Below are positions 1 to 8,613 of a stretch of DNA of 20,182 bases, in pieces. How positions within the stretch are numbered: the first letter of the stretch is position 1; every line of letters starts with the position of its first letter. The position numbers were made by a program, and so were the translations under genes. The stretch comes from Archangium sp. GTDB taxonomy: Bacteria; Myxococcota; Myxococcia; Myxococcales; Myxococcaceae. The stretch spans positions 1 to 20,182 of the forward strand of contig JANLPS010000365.1 in NCBI GenBank assembly GCA_031367385.1, read 5' to 3'. The notes below the pieces were generated by a model that saw only the letters and a program-made list of their open reading frames with translations, was not told the DNA's origin and did no database searches.

Positions 1-845
1 AGCAGCTGGCTCGCCTCGACGATGGGGTCGTAGTTGCTGCACATACAGGTGTTGTCGTACTTGAGCGGCGGAGGTTGGGCCGGCTTGGCGCAGCTCGTCG
101 CAATCGGCGCCTTGAGTTGTTGTTCGATCAGGCTCAGCGAGTCGAGGTGCGCTTCGAGCTTCGGCCGTTCTGCCGCGGGCAACCGCAGGTTGAGTCGGGC
201 GGCATCGGCGCGAATCGTCGAGAGCACTTTGAGCTCGGCGGCTTGTCGGCGTGCCTGCCCCGCGATGTCGCTGGTTGGCAGTGTCGCGTTCGCGAACCAG
301 TCGTTGTACACGTCGCGTACGTCGTAGAGGCAGTTGATCGGCTCTCCGGTCGCATCGAAGCTGATGCCGGTGGCCGCTCCGGCGTACCCGCTTTGGCGAA
401 ACAACAGCGGCCGCACTTTGAGCAACGACGCGAGCGCGATGTCGAGCGACGGTGACTTCGCTCGGCGATCGGTTGCGCTGCGCGCGTCGCTGCCCGTCAG
501 CGGGGAGATCACCCCGCCCGCGTGACCGGTCATGCCGCTGGCGCCGTTTCGATAGAGCACGGCCAGGTCGAGGCCCTCGAGAATCAACATCGATTCTTTG
601 TGTTTCTCGAGCGGCGCGAGGGTCGAGTCGGGGTCGAAGGTGAGCGACCAACCGGTCTCGGCGACTGACCCGTTGGCGAGGCGCGGGCGCCAGAATTGCG
701 GCGCGTAGCCATGGCAGCTGTTCACCACAATCAACCGCAGCGGCGTGGCGCTCTGGGCCTCGGCGCTTTGAAAGAGGCCGCTCAAATACGAGCCGGCCGC
801 CAGGCCTCCCATCGCCTTGAGCAGGCTTCGTCGGTCGGTCTTCAT
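1..845 (-). CDS. DUF1552-family protein with Tat signal (3' end runs off the window)
   Basis: Manual translation from ATG 845: MKTDRRSLLKAMGGLAAGSYLSGLFQSAEAQSATPLRLIVVNSCHG...LAPLEKHKESMLILEGLD...GH...SLD...ERPKLEAHLDSLSLIEQQL. Twin-arginine motif plus AxA cleavage site. ATGA overlap with the stop of the upstream DUF1592 gene, its usual partner. Frame open to the window edge. Confidence 0.85.
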   Translation of the reverse strand, partial: MKTDRRSLLKAMGGLAAGSYLSGLFQSAEAQSATPLRLIVVNSCHGYAPQFWRPRLANGSVAETGWSLTFDPDSTLAPLEKHKESMLILEGLDLAVLYRNGASGMTGHAGGVISPLTGSDARSATDRRAKSPSLDIALASLLKVRPLLFRQSGYAGAATGISFDATGEPINCLYDVRDVYNDWFANATLPTSDIAGQARRQAAELKVLSTIRADAARLNLRLPAAERPKLEAHLDSLSLIEQQLKAPIATSCAKPAQPPPLKYDNTCMCSNYDPIVEASQL

Positions 846-2536
846 GGCGCTCCCTTCGTGAACTGTCGGGTGGTGAAGCTCTCGTCGGCCACGAGCGTCT
901 CGAAGGCGCTCCAGGCGCTCCCCGAGTCGTGAAGCGATTGGGCCGCTCGCTCGAGCACGCAGGCGTCGGTCGCGGCGACCTCTTTTCGACCCTGCAATGA
1001 GCGAAGGCGCTGTGTCGCCACGCACCATTCGGCATCTGCGCTGGCGAGCAGCGCGGCCGAGAGCGCATCGACTCCAGAGAGCGGTTGATCACTCGAGGGG
1101 GTGGTGACGAAGCCGCCGCTCGGGTCGATGGAGACGTCGTTTTCTGTGGTGCGGTAGACGCCCAGCGCATCGAAGTTTTCGAGCGGGTTGCCAGCAGGGT
1201 CGATGATGCCGTGGCACCCGGCGCAGGCGGCCGCACTGGTGTGCATGTCGAAACGTTCGCGGGTGGTCTTCGCGGTCGACATGGTTCGCGGCGGCAACGG
1301 CGGCACGTTGGCGGGTATCGACGGCAGATTCACGCAGAGAAATCGACGCAAGATCGTCGAGCCTCGGAGCACGGGCGAGCTCGCGTCGGGGTCTGAATGC
1401 GAGCCCAAAAACGCCGGCAAGGTCAGCACGCCGTGTCGCTTCTGAGCTGTCACGACCGTCTTGACGAAGGTCTCAGAGGTCGAGGTCAGACCGTAGAGCG
1501 GCGCGTTGGTTTTGTTGATGAACGCGTGCTCACCGTCGAACCAGCTCGCAAGCGTGCTGCCGTGGTCGAGCCAGTCATCGACGAAGGCCGAGGCTGATTG
1601 ACCGATGGCGTCTTTGAGCGCGGGCGTGAAGAGCGGGTAGGCCGCGGGTTGCTTTGCCCAGGCCCCCGAGTTGAGGTCGATTTCGGCCCATTCGAGCGCG
1701 AAGCGGCGTTGCCTCGCACGCCAGCTTTCGACGTCGGCAAGCGTCAGTCGGCGTACCTGGGCCAGGCGTTGGTCTGGCGTTCGAAGCTCGTCGGCGGCGG
1801 CGGCGGCCAGCAGCGGGCCATCGGGGGGTTTGGCCAGCACCGCAAAAGACAGCGCCGAGGCCACTTCGTAGGGGTCGATCGCGAGCGTGCCCTCGGTGGA
1901 GCTGCCGAGCTCGGTGCGGTAGACGAAGTTGGGCGACTGCACGATGGCGCGCACGGCCCATTGCACGCCTTGGGTCAATCGCTGCGCGTCGGTGGCGGTC
2001 GTCTCGACGTCGCGACCGAGGCCGTAGAGCCCGATGAGGTCGCTGAGCTCATCGGCTGTTGCAGGGCGCCTCCAGGCCGCAGAGGCGGTGTCGGTGATGA
2101 AGGTCTTCGCGCACGCCGCCGCCTTGGCGAGGGTGACCGCGCAGCCGGTGAAAACGCCTTGCGAGACGATCTGCGTGGCGACCGGGTCGGCGATTCGGTG
2201 GAGCGTCTCGACGAAGGCGTCACCGACCTTCTGGTCAGCGTTGCTCGAGAAGCCGTTGAGGCGGGTGTCGGGCTCCAGACCTGAGGCTGCGGCGCCGCCA
2301 ACGGTGCCAGCGACCGCCGCGAAGGCGTTGAGCAGCTCGGGTTGGCTGAGACGAATCAGTCGCGCCGGCGCGGCGGTAGGCGCTGCGGCACAGGCGCTGG
2401 GCGTCACCTCCTCAACGCCTCCCCCCGAGCCCCCGCCGGGCATGGGGTGGTGTACGCCAAGGTCGGTCGATGAGGGGGCGACGATTGAACCGGTGCAGCC
2501 ACCGAAGGCGATCAGCGCGGCGAGACAACGAATCAT
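842..2536 (-). CDS. DUF1592/DUF1588/DUF1595/DUF1587-type (PSD-domain) lipoprotein with a c-type heme motif
   Basis: Lipobox-like LIAFGGC. Motifs RLSQPEL, AWRRP, QSPNFVYRTE, EVASALSF, RHGVLT..AFL, SSPVLRG, CAGCH (CxxCH) and ENFDALG. Confidence 0.88.
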   Translation of the reverse strand: MIRCLAALIAFGGCTGSIVAPSSTDLGVHHPMPGGGSGGGVEEVTPSACAAAPTAAPARLIRLSQPELLNAFAAVAGTVGGAAASGLEPDTRLNGFSSNADQKVGDAFVETLHRIADPVATQIVSQGVFTGCAVTLAKAAACAKTFITDTASAAWRRPATADELSDLIGLYGLGRDVETTATDAQRLTQGVQWAVRAIVQSPNFVYRTELGSSTEGTLAIDPYEVASALSFAVLAKPPDGPLLAAAAADELRTPDQRLAQVRRLTLADVESWRARQRRFALEWAEIDLNSGAWAKQPAAYPLFTPALKDAIGQSASAFVDDWLDHGSTLASWFDGEHAFINKTNAPLYGLTSTSETFVKTVVTAQKRHGVLTLPAFLGSHSDPDASSPVLRGSTILRRFLCVNLPSIPANVPPLPPRTMSTAKTTRERFDMHTSAAACAGCHGIIDPAGNPLENFDALGVYRTTENDVSIDPSGGFVTTPSSDQPLSGVDALSAALLASADAEWCVATQRLRSLQGRKEVAATDACVLERAAQSLHDSGSAWSAFETLVADESFTTRQFTKGAP

Positions 2537-2648
2537 TCGGCGGGCGTTTGCACGGGAGAGGCCGCCCCCAAGGGGTCAGAACGGCGGGCGGTTCACCCCG
2601 GCGCCAGCCGTTGTCCGGACAGTTGGTTCGACAATTCGACTGGCGGGA

Positions 2649-4136
2649 TCACCGAAACGGGTCGGGCACATCGCTCTGCGGCTTCACCGAGGCTTTCGCG
2701 CTCGCCCGCTTCGGGGCCACCAACAGGGTCTCGAGAATCACACTCGAATCGCCCGGCACCTCGCGCTCGAAAGGCACGAAGCCCACCTTCTCGACCCGAA
2801 CGCGGCGCGTGGCTTTTCGACTCGCCACCTCTTTCGCGAACGGCAACGACCCAGCGGCCTGCCCATCAATCGAAATCTTCGCACCCTTCGGCCCATGCAC
2901 CTCGAGCACGACCGACGCCACTGGGGCGACCGGCGCAGGCACCACCGCCGGTGGGGGCGGCGGCGGTGGGTTCACCTCGGCAACGGCCGGTCTTTTTTCA
3001 TCGACGACCGGCGCCACCGTCGCGGCTGGCCTCGTCGCCACCCAGGTGATCATCACGAGCGCTGCCACCGCGAGCGCCGACGCGTACACGCGACCCCGCC
3101 TCGCCGGTCGTGCAACGGGGAGAACCTCGATGGCCACCTCGAGAGTTGGCCCACTTTGCGCCGCGACCGCCACGCTCGAAGTCGGTCGCTCAATGGCATC
3201 GACCCGAGCGCCCAACCCAAGCGATTGCAAGAAATCACGTGCGGTTGCTTGGCCCGTCGAGCCCGCGAGGGGCAACAGGGCCTGTTCGACTTGCTGGCCT
3301 GTCTGAAAGCGCTCGCTCGGTTCGGCCGCCAAGAGCCGGAGCATGACCGCGTCCCATTCGGGTGAAAGGCCGGGCACCAGCGACGACACCGGAGGCACCT
3401 TGGCCTCGCGCACCAAGCGCAACGTCGCCAGGTCATTCTCGCCGCGAAAAGGCTGCTTGAAGGTCAACAGCTCGATCAAGACGATGCCCAGCGCGAACAA
3501 ATCAGAGCGCGAATCGACCTCATGCCCGCCCGCCTGCTCGGGAGACATGTAGGAGAACTTGCCCTTCACCACGCCGGTTCGCGTCTCTTCATCGCGCAAC
3601 ATGCCCGTCGCCTTCGCGATGCCGAAATCGAGCAGCTTCACCGCGCCCTGCGTCGTCAACATCACGTTCGTCGGGCTCACGTCCCGGTGCACCAAATTCA
3701 AGACTCCGTGATCGTCTCGCAAGCTGTGCGCGTAGTGCAGCGCGGCGGCGAGTTGCCCCCCAAAGAAGGCCACCAGCGGCGCGGGTATCGACCGACTCAG
3801 CTCCTTCGTTCGCGTGATCAAGGCCCGCAGATCGAAGCCCTCGAGCAGCTCCATCGCGATGTAGAGCTCGCCGTCAACCTCACCGCACTCGAGCACCTGC
3901 ACCACGTTCGGGTGCTGCAACCGCCCGCTCAACCGCGCCTCGTCGAGCAACATCACCCGAAAGCCATGATCGCGGGCCAGATCGGGCCGAATGCGCTTGA
4001 TGGCCACTGGCCGCTCGAAGCCCGAAGGCCCATCGAGCACTGCCCGATAAACGATGGCCATACCGCCACTCGCCAAGGGGCCAAGCAGGCGGTAGCGCCC
4101 AAATTGCCCGCCTGGTCTGACCGCTTCTCGATTCAC
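2649..4136 (-). CDS. Membrane Ser/Thr protein kinase (Hanks-type) with TM helix, Pro-rich linker and PEGA-like C-terminus
   Basis: GRYRLLGPLASGGMA, VAIK, HRDVSPTN, DFG, GKFSYMSPEQ, DLFALG. TM ALAVAALVMITWV; C-terminal DPF. Start moved to GTG 4136 because the longer ORF overlaps the opposite-strand TPR gene. Confidence 0.93.
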   Translation of the reverse strand: MNREAVRPGGQFGRYRLLGPLASGGMAIVYRAVLDGPSGFERPVAIKRIRPDLARDHGFRVMLLDEARLSGRLQHPNVVQVLECGEVDGELYIAMELLEGFDLRALITRTKELSRSIPAPLVAFFGGQLAAALHYAHSLRDDHGVLNLVHRDVSPTNVMLTTQGAVKLLDFGIAKATGMLRDEETRTGVVKGKFSYMSPEQAGGHEVDSRSDLFALGIVLIELLTFKQPFRGENDLATLRLVREAKVPPVSSLVPGLSPEWDAVMLRLLAAEPSERFQTGQQVEQALLPLAGSTGQATARDFLQSLGLGARVDAIERPTSSVAVAAQSGPTLEVAIEVLPVARPARRGRVYASALAVAALVMITWVATRPAATVAPVVDEKRPAVAEVNPPPPPPPAVVPAPVAPVASVVLEVHGPKGAKISIDGQAAGSLPFAKEVASRKATRRVRVEKVGFVPFEREVPGDSSVILETLLVAPKRASAKASVKPQSDVPDPFR

Positions 4137-4144
4137 GCCAGTAC

Positions 4145-4154
4145 CACTATAGTG
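4145..4154. promoter_or_regulatory. Palindromic -10-like element CACTATAGTG (TATAGT on both strands), possible bidirectional promoter
   Basis: Perfect 10-bp palindrome in the very short gap between divergent genes. GTG starts lie 7 nt (4161, +) and 9 nt (4136, -) downstream of the TATAGT on each strand. Confidence 0.5.
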
Positions 4155-4160
4155 CGAGCG

Positions 4161-4745
4161 GTGACGTTTCTGATGATCGCCGTTCTGAGCGCCACGGCCC
4201 CTGACGTCAGCGAGGCGCGAAAACACTACGAAGCCGGTCGCGCGCTCTACTCCGTCGACCGCTTTCGCGAGGCCGCTGCTGAATTCGAAGCAGGCTTCGC
4301 GCTCGCGCCGCGACCCTTGTTTCTGTTCAACGTCGCCCAGTCGTTGCGCCGCTTGGCTGAAGTGACCCAAGACCGCGGCGTCATGCTTCAGGCCCAGGTG
4401 CGCTATCGCGAATACCTGGGCATCGCTCCGGCCCAGGAGCCCGAGCGCGAACAGACGCTCGCCAAGCTGACCGGCATCGACCAATGGCTCAAAGATTCAC
4501 CGGTCGCCGATGCGCCCATCGCTGTGAAAACCGAAGCCGTTGCGCCAGCCCCGCGCGAGGTGCCCTTGGTGGTGGCCGGTGTGCCCGAGGCCAAGCCGGC
4601 TGCGACCGTCTCGGCGCTCCCCTGGGTCATCGTCGGCATCGGAGTCGCCGTCGCTGGAGCCGCTGTTGGCACCTACTTCGGTGTTCGCGCGAGCCAAGGC
4701 GGGTGCGGCGTCGCGACCATCGGTTGTCTCGATGCCAGGCGGTGA
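4161..4745 (+). CDS. TPR-containing exported/membrane protein (myxobacterial TPR/PEGA-associated type)
   Basis: Signal-like N-terminus; EARKHYEAGRALY..DRFREAAAEFEAGFALAPRPLFLFNVAQSLR TPR pattern; C-terminal TM PWVIVGIGVAVAGAAVG. Start could be GTG 4152 or 4161. Confidence 0.8.
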   Translation: MTFLMIAVLSATAPDVSEARKHYEAGRALYSVDRFREAAAEFEAGFALAPRPLFLFNVAQSLRRLAEVTQDRGVMLQAQVRYREYLGIAPAQEPEREQTLAKLTGIDQWLKDSPVADAPIAVKTEAVAPAPREVPLVVAGVPEAKPAATVSALPWVIVGIGVAVAGAAVGTYFGVRASQGGCGVATIGCLDARR

Positions 4746-4808
4746 TGAACACCGCGCGTCAGGCGCCACGGGTCAACTGTGGGTGAATCTGATACGGCGG
4801 AGCGGGTC

Positions 4809-5369
4809 ATGCTTCGAAAAGTCGCCATCGGCCTGGTCGGGGCCGTGCTGTTCGTCGTGGTGCTCGGCCTGGTGTTGCCGCGCCGCTGGGAGGTCACGCA
4901 GAGCATCGTGATCGACGCTTCTCCCGCGCGCATTCACCCGTTCATCGCCGGGTTTCGCAATTGGCAAGAATGGGCCGCCTGGTCGAAAGACCTCGACCCC
5001 CAGGTTCGCAATACCTACGACGGTGAAGAGGTCGGCGTCGGTTCGAAGTGGTCGTGGTTGGGCTCCAAGATGGGCCACGGCCGCATGGAGGTCATCTCGG
5101 CCGACCCCCGCACCGGCGTCGAGATCGACGAAGCCATCGAGAGCGAGACCGTGAACGCGCACAGCAGCTTCACCTACAGCGCCGTCTCAGGCGGAGGCAC
5201 GCGGGTGACGTGGGTCGACACCGGCAAGCTGCCCTTGCCGCTCGGCGGCTACTTTCGCGGCTCGGTCGAGCACCAGCTGAGCGGGTATTTTCAGCGCGGG
5301 CTCGAGGCCTTGAAGCAGAAGGTCGAAGCCCTGCCACCCGAGCAAAACCCCGCGCCGATTACTCAGTGA
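4809..5369 (+). CDS. SRPBCC (polyketide cyclase/START-like) family protein with N-terminal membrane anchor
   Basis: LVLPRRWEVTQSIVIDASPARIHPFI..FRNWQEWAAW...GVGSKWSW.G...G.G.M...GTRVTW pattern; GGAG RBS before ATG 4809. Confidence 0.85.
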   Translation: MLRKVAIGLVGAVLFVVVLGLVLPRRWEVTQSIVIDASPARIHPFIAGFRNWQEWAAWSKDLDPQVRNTYDGEEVGVGSKWSWLGSKMGHGRMEVISADPRTGVEIDEAIESETVNAHSSFTYSAVSGGGTRVTWVDTGKLPLPLGGYFRGSVEHQLSGYFQRGLEALKQKVEALPPEQNPAPITQ

Positions 5370-6492
5370 TGAAGGCGGCGATCGCCGACTGAACCGCCGC
5401 GTCGTTGAGCAGTACCGCGTGCTCGGCGCCCGTCTCGAAGCTCGCCGAGTGAATCGGCTTGGGAGGGTTCGCCCGCGCGGTCAACACCGTGCCATCGCCA
5501 TCGGCCAAGCGGGGGTGCTCGAAGTCGAAAGTGCGGTCGGGCCTGAACACCCAGCTGGCCTCGGTCGGGCGGCCGGTGCCGATAATCGCGAGGCTCTTCC
5601 ACCTGGTGGAGGGGTCATCGGTAGGTGCTTCGTCGCCCATCCCGGCCCAGAATTCGCTCCGGGCCCAGAGTCGGGCTTCGAGCTGCCGGCGATAGGCCGG
5701 GTTGTCGCGCAGGGTCGGGTCGCGAAACACGCCCCAGCCGAGTTTCACCCAGGTGTCAGGCGAGAAAGGGTCGAGCGGTGTTGGTTCGAAGACCTGTTGG
5801 TCGATCAGAAAATCGGAGTCGGGGCCCAGCAGCTGCCAGGTCGATGAAAACGTCAGCAGGGCCGAGGCTGGCATCAACGCGCTGTTGCGGGCCGTGGTGT
5901 TGCCGATGAACAAATCATCCCACGGGCCGGCGCTGCCCTTGAACGGAGTGCCCGCGAACACCACGTGCTTCACCGCCTCGCGCGCGCCGGGGGGGCCGTG
6001 ACGCAGGCAGTGCAAGGTGACGAGGCCGCCCATGCTGTGGGCGACGATGTTGACCCGGCGGTTCGGGCCCAGCGACTCGATGCGGGTGCACAGCTGCTCG
6101 GCGCTGCTGCGAATGTCTTGGCGCCAGTCGTAGGCGAAGACCATGAACCCTGGGAGGTGGTCTTTGCCCCACTCGATGAACGGCAGGTACAGCGTCTCTT
6201 CAATCGCCAACGGCACGATGGTGAGCTTGGTCATCGGCCCGACCACGGTGAGCGGCCCGTAGCGCGGCGGCGTGTCGCGTTGACCCTCGAACGGCAGCGC
6301 GAGCGACTTCTCACCATGCGAGAACGCCTGCCCCGGCGTCAGCCAGGCGAGCTCCCCGTCGGCGGTGGCGAGAAAGGCCCCCTTGTAGCCGTGCACGAAG
6401 ATCGTCACCTCATCACCCGTGGGAGGCGCGAGCACGGGCTGCGCGGTCACGCAGGCCAGACTCAGACACAGGCACCCGGCCAGAGCTCTCAC
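5359..6492 (-). CDS. Alpha/beta-hydrolase lipoprotein (lipase/LCAT-like acyltransferase)
   Basis: Lipobox LSLAC; FVHGYKG oxyanion region; FAYDWRQ; nucleophile AHSMGG; AGTPFKG; DGDGTV; EH. GTG 6492 follows GAAGG. Confidence 0.85.
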   Translation of the reverse strand: MRALAGCLCLSLACVTAQPVLAPPTGDEVTIFVHGYKGAFLATADGELAWLTPGQAFSHGEKSLALPFEGQRDTPPRYGPLTVVGPMTKLTIVPLAIEETLYLPFIEWGKDHLPGFMVFAYDWRQDIRSSAEQLCTRIESLGPNRRVNIVAHSMGGLVTLHCLRHGPPGAREAVKHVVFAGTPFKGSAGPWDDLFIGNTTARNSALMPASALLTFSSTWQLLGPDSDFLIDQQVFEPTPLDPFSPDTWVKLGWGVFRDPTLRDNPAYRRQLEARLWARSEFWAGMGDEAPTDDPSTRWKSLAIIGTGRPTEASWVFRPDRTFDFEHPRLADGDGTVLTARANPPKPIHSASFETGAEHAVLLNDAAVQSAIAAFITE

Positions 6493-6505
6493 GTGAGCAC
6501 CTTCG

Positions 6506-7465
6506 TTAGTTGAGCAAGGTCGGTTTGCCGGGTTTCTTCGACCCCACGCCAACCGGCTGTTTCTGCAAGAATTTTTCGATCACACTGAGCAGCCCGTCGA
6601 AGGTGTCGCGCATCGCCCAGGCCTGGTGGTCGACATCTCCGAGCGATTGGGCGCGGGTCAGGCCGGCCTTGAGGGCTTGCTGAACGCCGGGGCAGTCTCC
6701 GCGGGCGTCGATCAGCTGCCGTGCGGTCTGGGCATAGACGTCGAAGCATTTTTTGACGTTGCCTTCGTTGTACGCCGGGGCGCCGGCGCGAATCGCGCCT
6801 GAGAGCACGGCGGTGGTGGCTTCGAGGCCCGCGACCGCCGAGCCGTTGAGGAGCGAGAGCGGGTGCACCGGCACCTGCCGCTTCGGAGGCCGCTTCGACG
6901 TGTCGGCCAACGATTTGAGCGGCAGCGCCGAGGTCTGTTGAATCAGCGGCATCACGTAGCGCCAGGGCACCCCGAGCGTGATGACCCCGTCGTCTGATTC
7001 AGCGACGGTGACGACCCCCAGCGCGGTGCCGTCTTGCGCGATGATCGGCCCACCCGACGCGTCAGGAGGAATGTCGCCCTCGAGGCGGTACACGGTCAGC
7101 GAGCGGCCGAGCACTTGAATGCTGGCGATGCGCGCCTCGACCCAGCGGGCGCGATCTTCATTGGGCACCATGCCGAAGACGAAGCAGGTGGCGCCTTCTT
7201 CGGCGAGTCGGTCTCCGGCGCCGCGCACCGGGGTCGCGTCGAGGCCTCCGACGTCGAGCACCGCGAGGTCGCGCTTCAAGTCGATGGCGCTCACCGTCTG
7301 CACGGGTATCGAGCGGCCGTCGTGAAGATGCGCGGTGATCTCCGGCTCATCGACGACGACATGAAAGCTGGTGACGATGCGACCGGTCGGGCTGACGAAA
7401 CCAAGGCCATACGAGTGCTTGAATTCGAGCAGCACGAGCCCAGTGGCAGCTTCGAGCGGCGTCAT
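6506..7465 (-). CDS. Trypsin-like (S1) serine protease with C-terminal helical domain
   Basis: GLGFV, TSFHVV (His), DLAVL (Asp), ASGGP (Ser); strong RBS AAGGGAGG; no signal peptide. Confidence 0.82.
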   Translation of the reverse strand: MTPLEAATGLVLLEFKHSYGLGFVSPTGRIVTSFHVVVDEPEITAHLHDGRSIPVQTVSAIDLKRDLAVLDVGGLDATPVRGAGDRLAEEGATCFVFGMVPNEDRARWVEARIASIQVLGRSLTVYRLEGDIPPDASGGPIIAQDGTALGVVTVAESDDGVITLGVPWRYVMPLIQQTSALPLKSLADTSKRPPKRQVPVHPLSLLNGSAVAGLEATTAVLSGAIRAGAPAYNEGNVKKCFDVYAQTARQLIDARGDCPGVQQALKAGLTRAQSLGDVDHQAWAMRDTFDGLLSVIEKFLQKQPVGVGSKKPGKPTLLN

Positions 7466-7523
7466 ACGGCCTCCCTTCTAACGTGAAAGTGAACACTTCG
7501 CTTGGCCGGTGGTTTCGCGCACG

Positions 7524-8123
7524 ATGGGCGATGACATGAGCCATGAGCCTCCAGTGTGGGTGAAGCTGCGCGAGCGAGATTCGCACGATCACCATATTTT
7601 CAAGGTGCGCACGATTGACGTCGCCGACCCGCGAAACGGCCAAGAATACGTTCGCACCGTTCTCGACGCGGCCGATTGGGTCAATGTGGTTGCGGTTACC
7701 ACCGACCAGTCGGTGGTCTTGGTCAGGCAGTTTCGCTTCGGTATCTGGGCGAACACCCTCGAGATACCCGGGGGCATGGTCGATGGCACCGAGGCCCCCG
7801 CCACCGCGGCGGCGCGCGAGCTCGAAGAAGAGACGGGGTTTCGGCCCGAGACGGTGCGGCTGCTCGGCGTGTCACACCCAAACCCCGCGATTCAGGGCAA
7901 CCGGCTGCACAGCTACTTGGCGCTGGGGTGCACCCGGGTCAACTCGGGGAAGCCTGACACGAGCGAAGACCTGCGGGTCGAGCTGGTGCCGAGGGCGAGC
8001 GTGAAAGACCTCGTGCTGAGCGGGCAGATTACGCACTCCCTGGTGCTGGCCACGTTGCTGTTCGAGGCCTGGCAGGGCGAGCTTCATCGTTCGAGAGCCA
8101 AAAGGGTGAGCGAGGTAGGCTAG
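7524..8123 (+). CDS. NUDIX hydrolase (ADP-ribose pyrophosphatase-like)
   Basis: LVRQFR, EIPGG and Nudix box [22 protein letters not shown]. Start could be 7524 or 7536. Confidence 0.92.
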   Translation: MGDDMSHEPPVWVKLRERDSHDHHIFKVRTIDVADPRNGQEYVRTVLDAADWVNVVAVTTDQSVVLVRQFRFGIWANTLEIPGGMVDGTEAPATAAARELEEETGFRPETVRLLGVSHPNPAIQGNRLHSYLALGCTRVNSGKPDTSEDLRVELVPRASVKDLVLSGQITHSLVLATLLFEAWQGELHRSRAKRVSEVG

Positions 8124-8133
8124 ACCCAACCCC

Positions 8134-8613
8134 ATGAAGATGGTCGACGTTGGAGCCAAAGAGAAGACCGAGCGAATCGCCATCGCCAGCGGTCGCATTC
8201 GCATGTCTTCTGCGGCGCTCGAGGCCATTCGCTCGGGCCGGGTTGAAAAAGGCGACGTCATCTCGGCCGCGCGCATCGCCGGCATCATGGCCGCGAAGAA
8301 AACGTCAGACCTGATTCCCCTCTGTCACCCGATTGGCTTGTCGGGCGTCGAAGTCGAGGTGCTGCCCAAAGTCGTCGGCATCGAGGTGCGCGCGACCGTC
8401 AAGACCGTCGAGCGCACCGGCGTCGAGATGGAGGCCCTCTCGGCCGTCGCCGCCGCCACCCTCACCGTGTACGACATGCTCAAATCGACCGACCGGGCGA
8501 TGGTCATCGAGGCCATTCAGCTCGAGTTCAAGAGCGGAGGCCGCAGCGGCATCTTCACCCGCGCGGCCCAGGGCGACGCCTCACTCAAGAAACGCCGCCG
8601 GAGCACCCGGTGA
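8134..8613 (+). CDS. moaC: Cyclic pyranopterin monophosphate synthase MoaC
   Basis: MVDV..K, KGDV...[41 protein letters not shown]. Confidence 0.96.
   Translation: MKMVDVGAKEKTERIAIASGRIRMSSAALEAIRSGRVEKGDVISAARIAGIMAAKKTSDLIPLCHPIGLSGVEVEVLPKVVGIEVRATVKTVERTGVEMEALSAVAAATLTVYDMLKSTDRAMVIEAIQLEFKSGGRSGIFTRAAQGDASLKKRRRSTR

Noticed and set aside
2537..2648. CGGCGGGCG twice (2538, 2582), palindrome TGTCCGGACA (2612-2621) and tandem TTCGAC in the kinase-DUF1592 gap
   Set aside because: Short and GC-rich, so plausible by chance; no coherent structure or promoter consensus.
2034..3365. 443-aa + strand ORF (also 2470-3306 and 1598-2284)
   Set aside because: Antisense shadow of the DUF1592 and kinase genes; no motifs; expected in high-GC DNA.
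3522..4484. Apparent long overlap between the 611-aa kinase ORF and the 407-aa + ORF
   Set aside because: Both N-terminal extensions are antisense read-through of the other gene. Recognisable domains begin at 4136 (-) and about 4152-4161 (+).
5359..5369. 11-bp 3' overlap of the convergent SRPBCC and lipase genes
   Set aside because: Common in compact bacterial genomes; no further signal.
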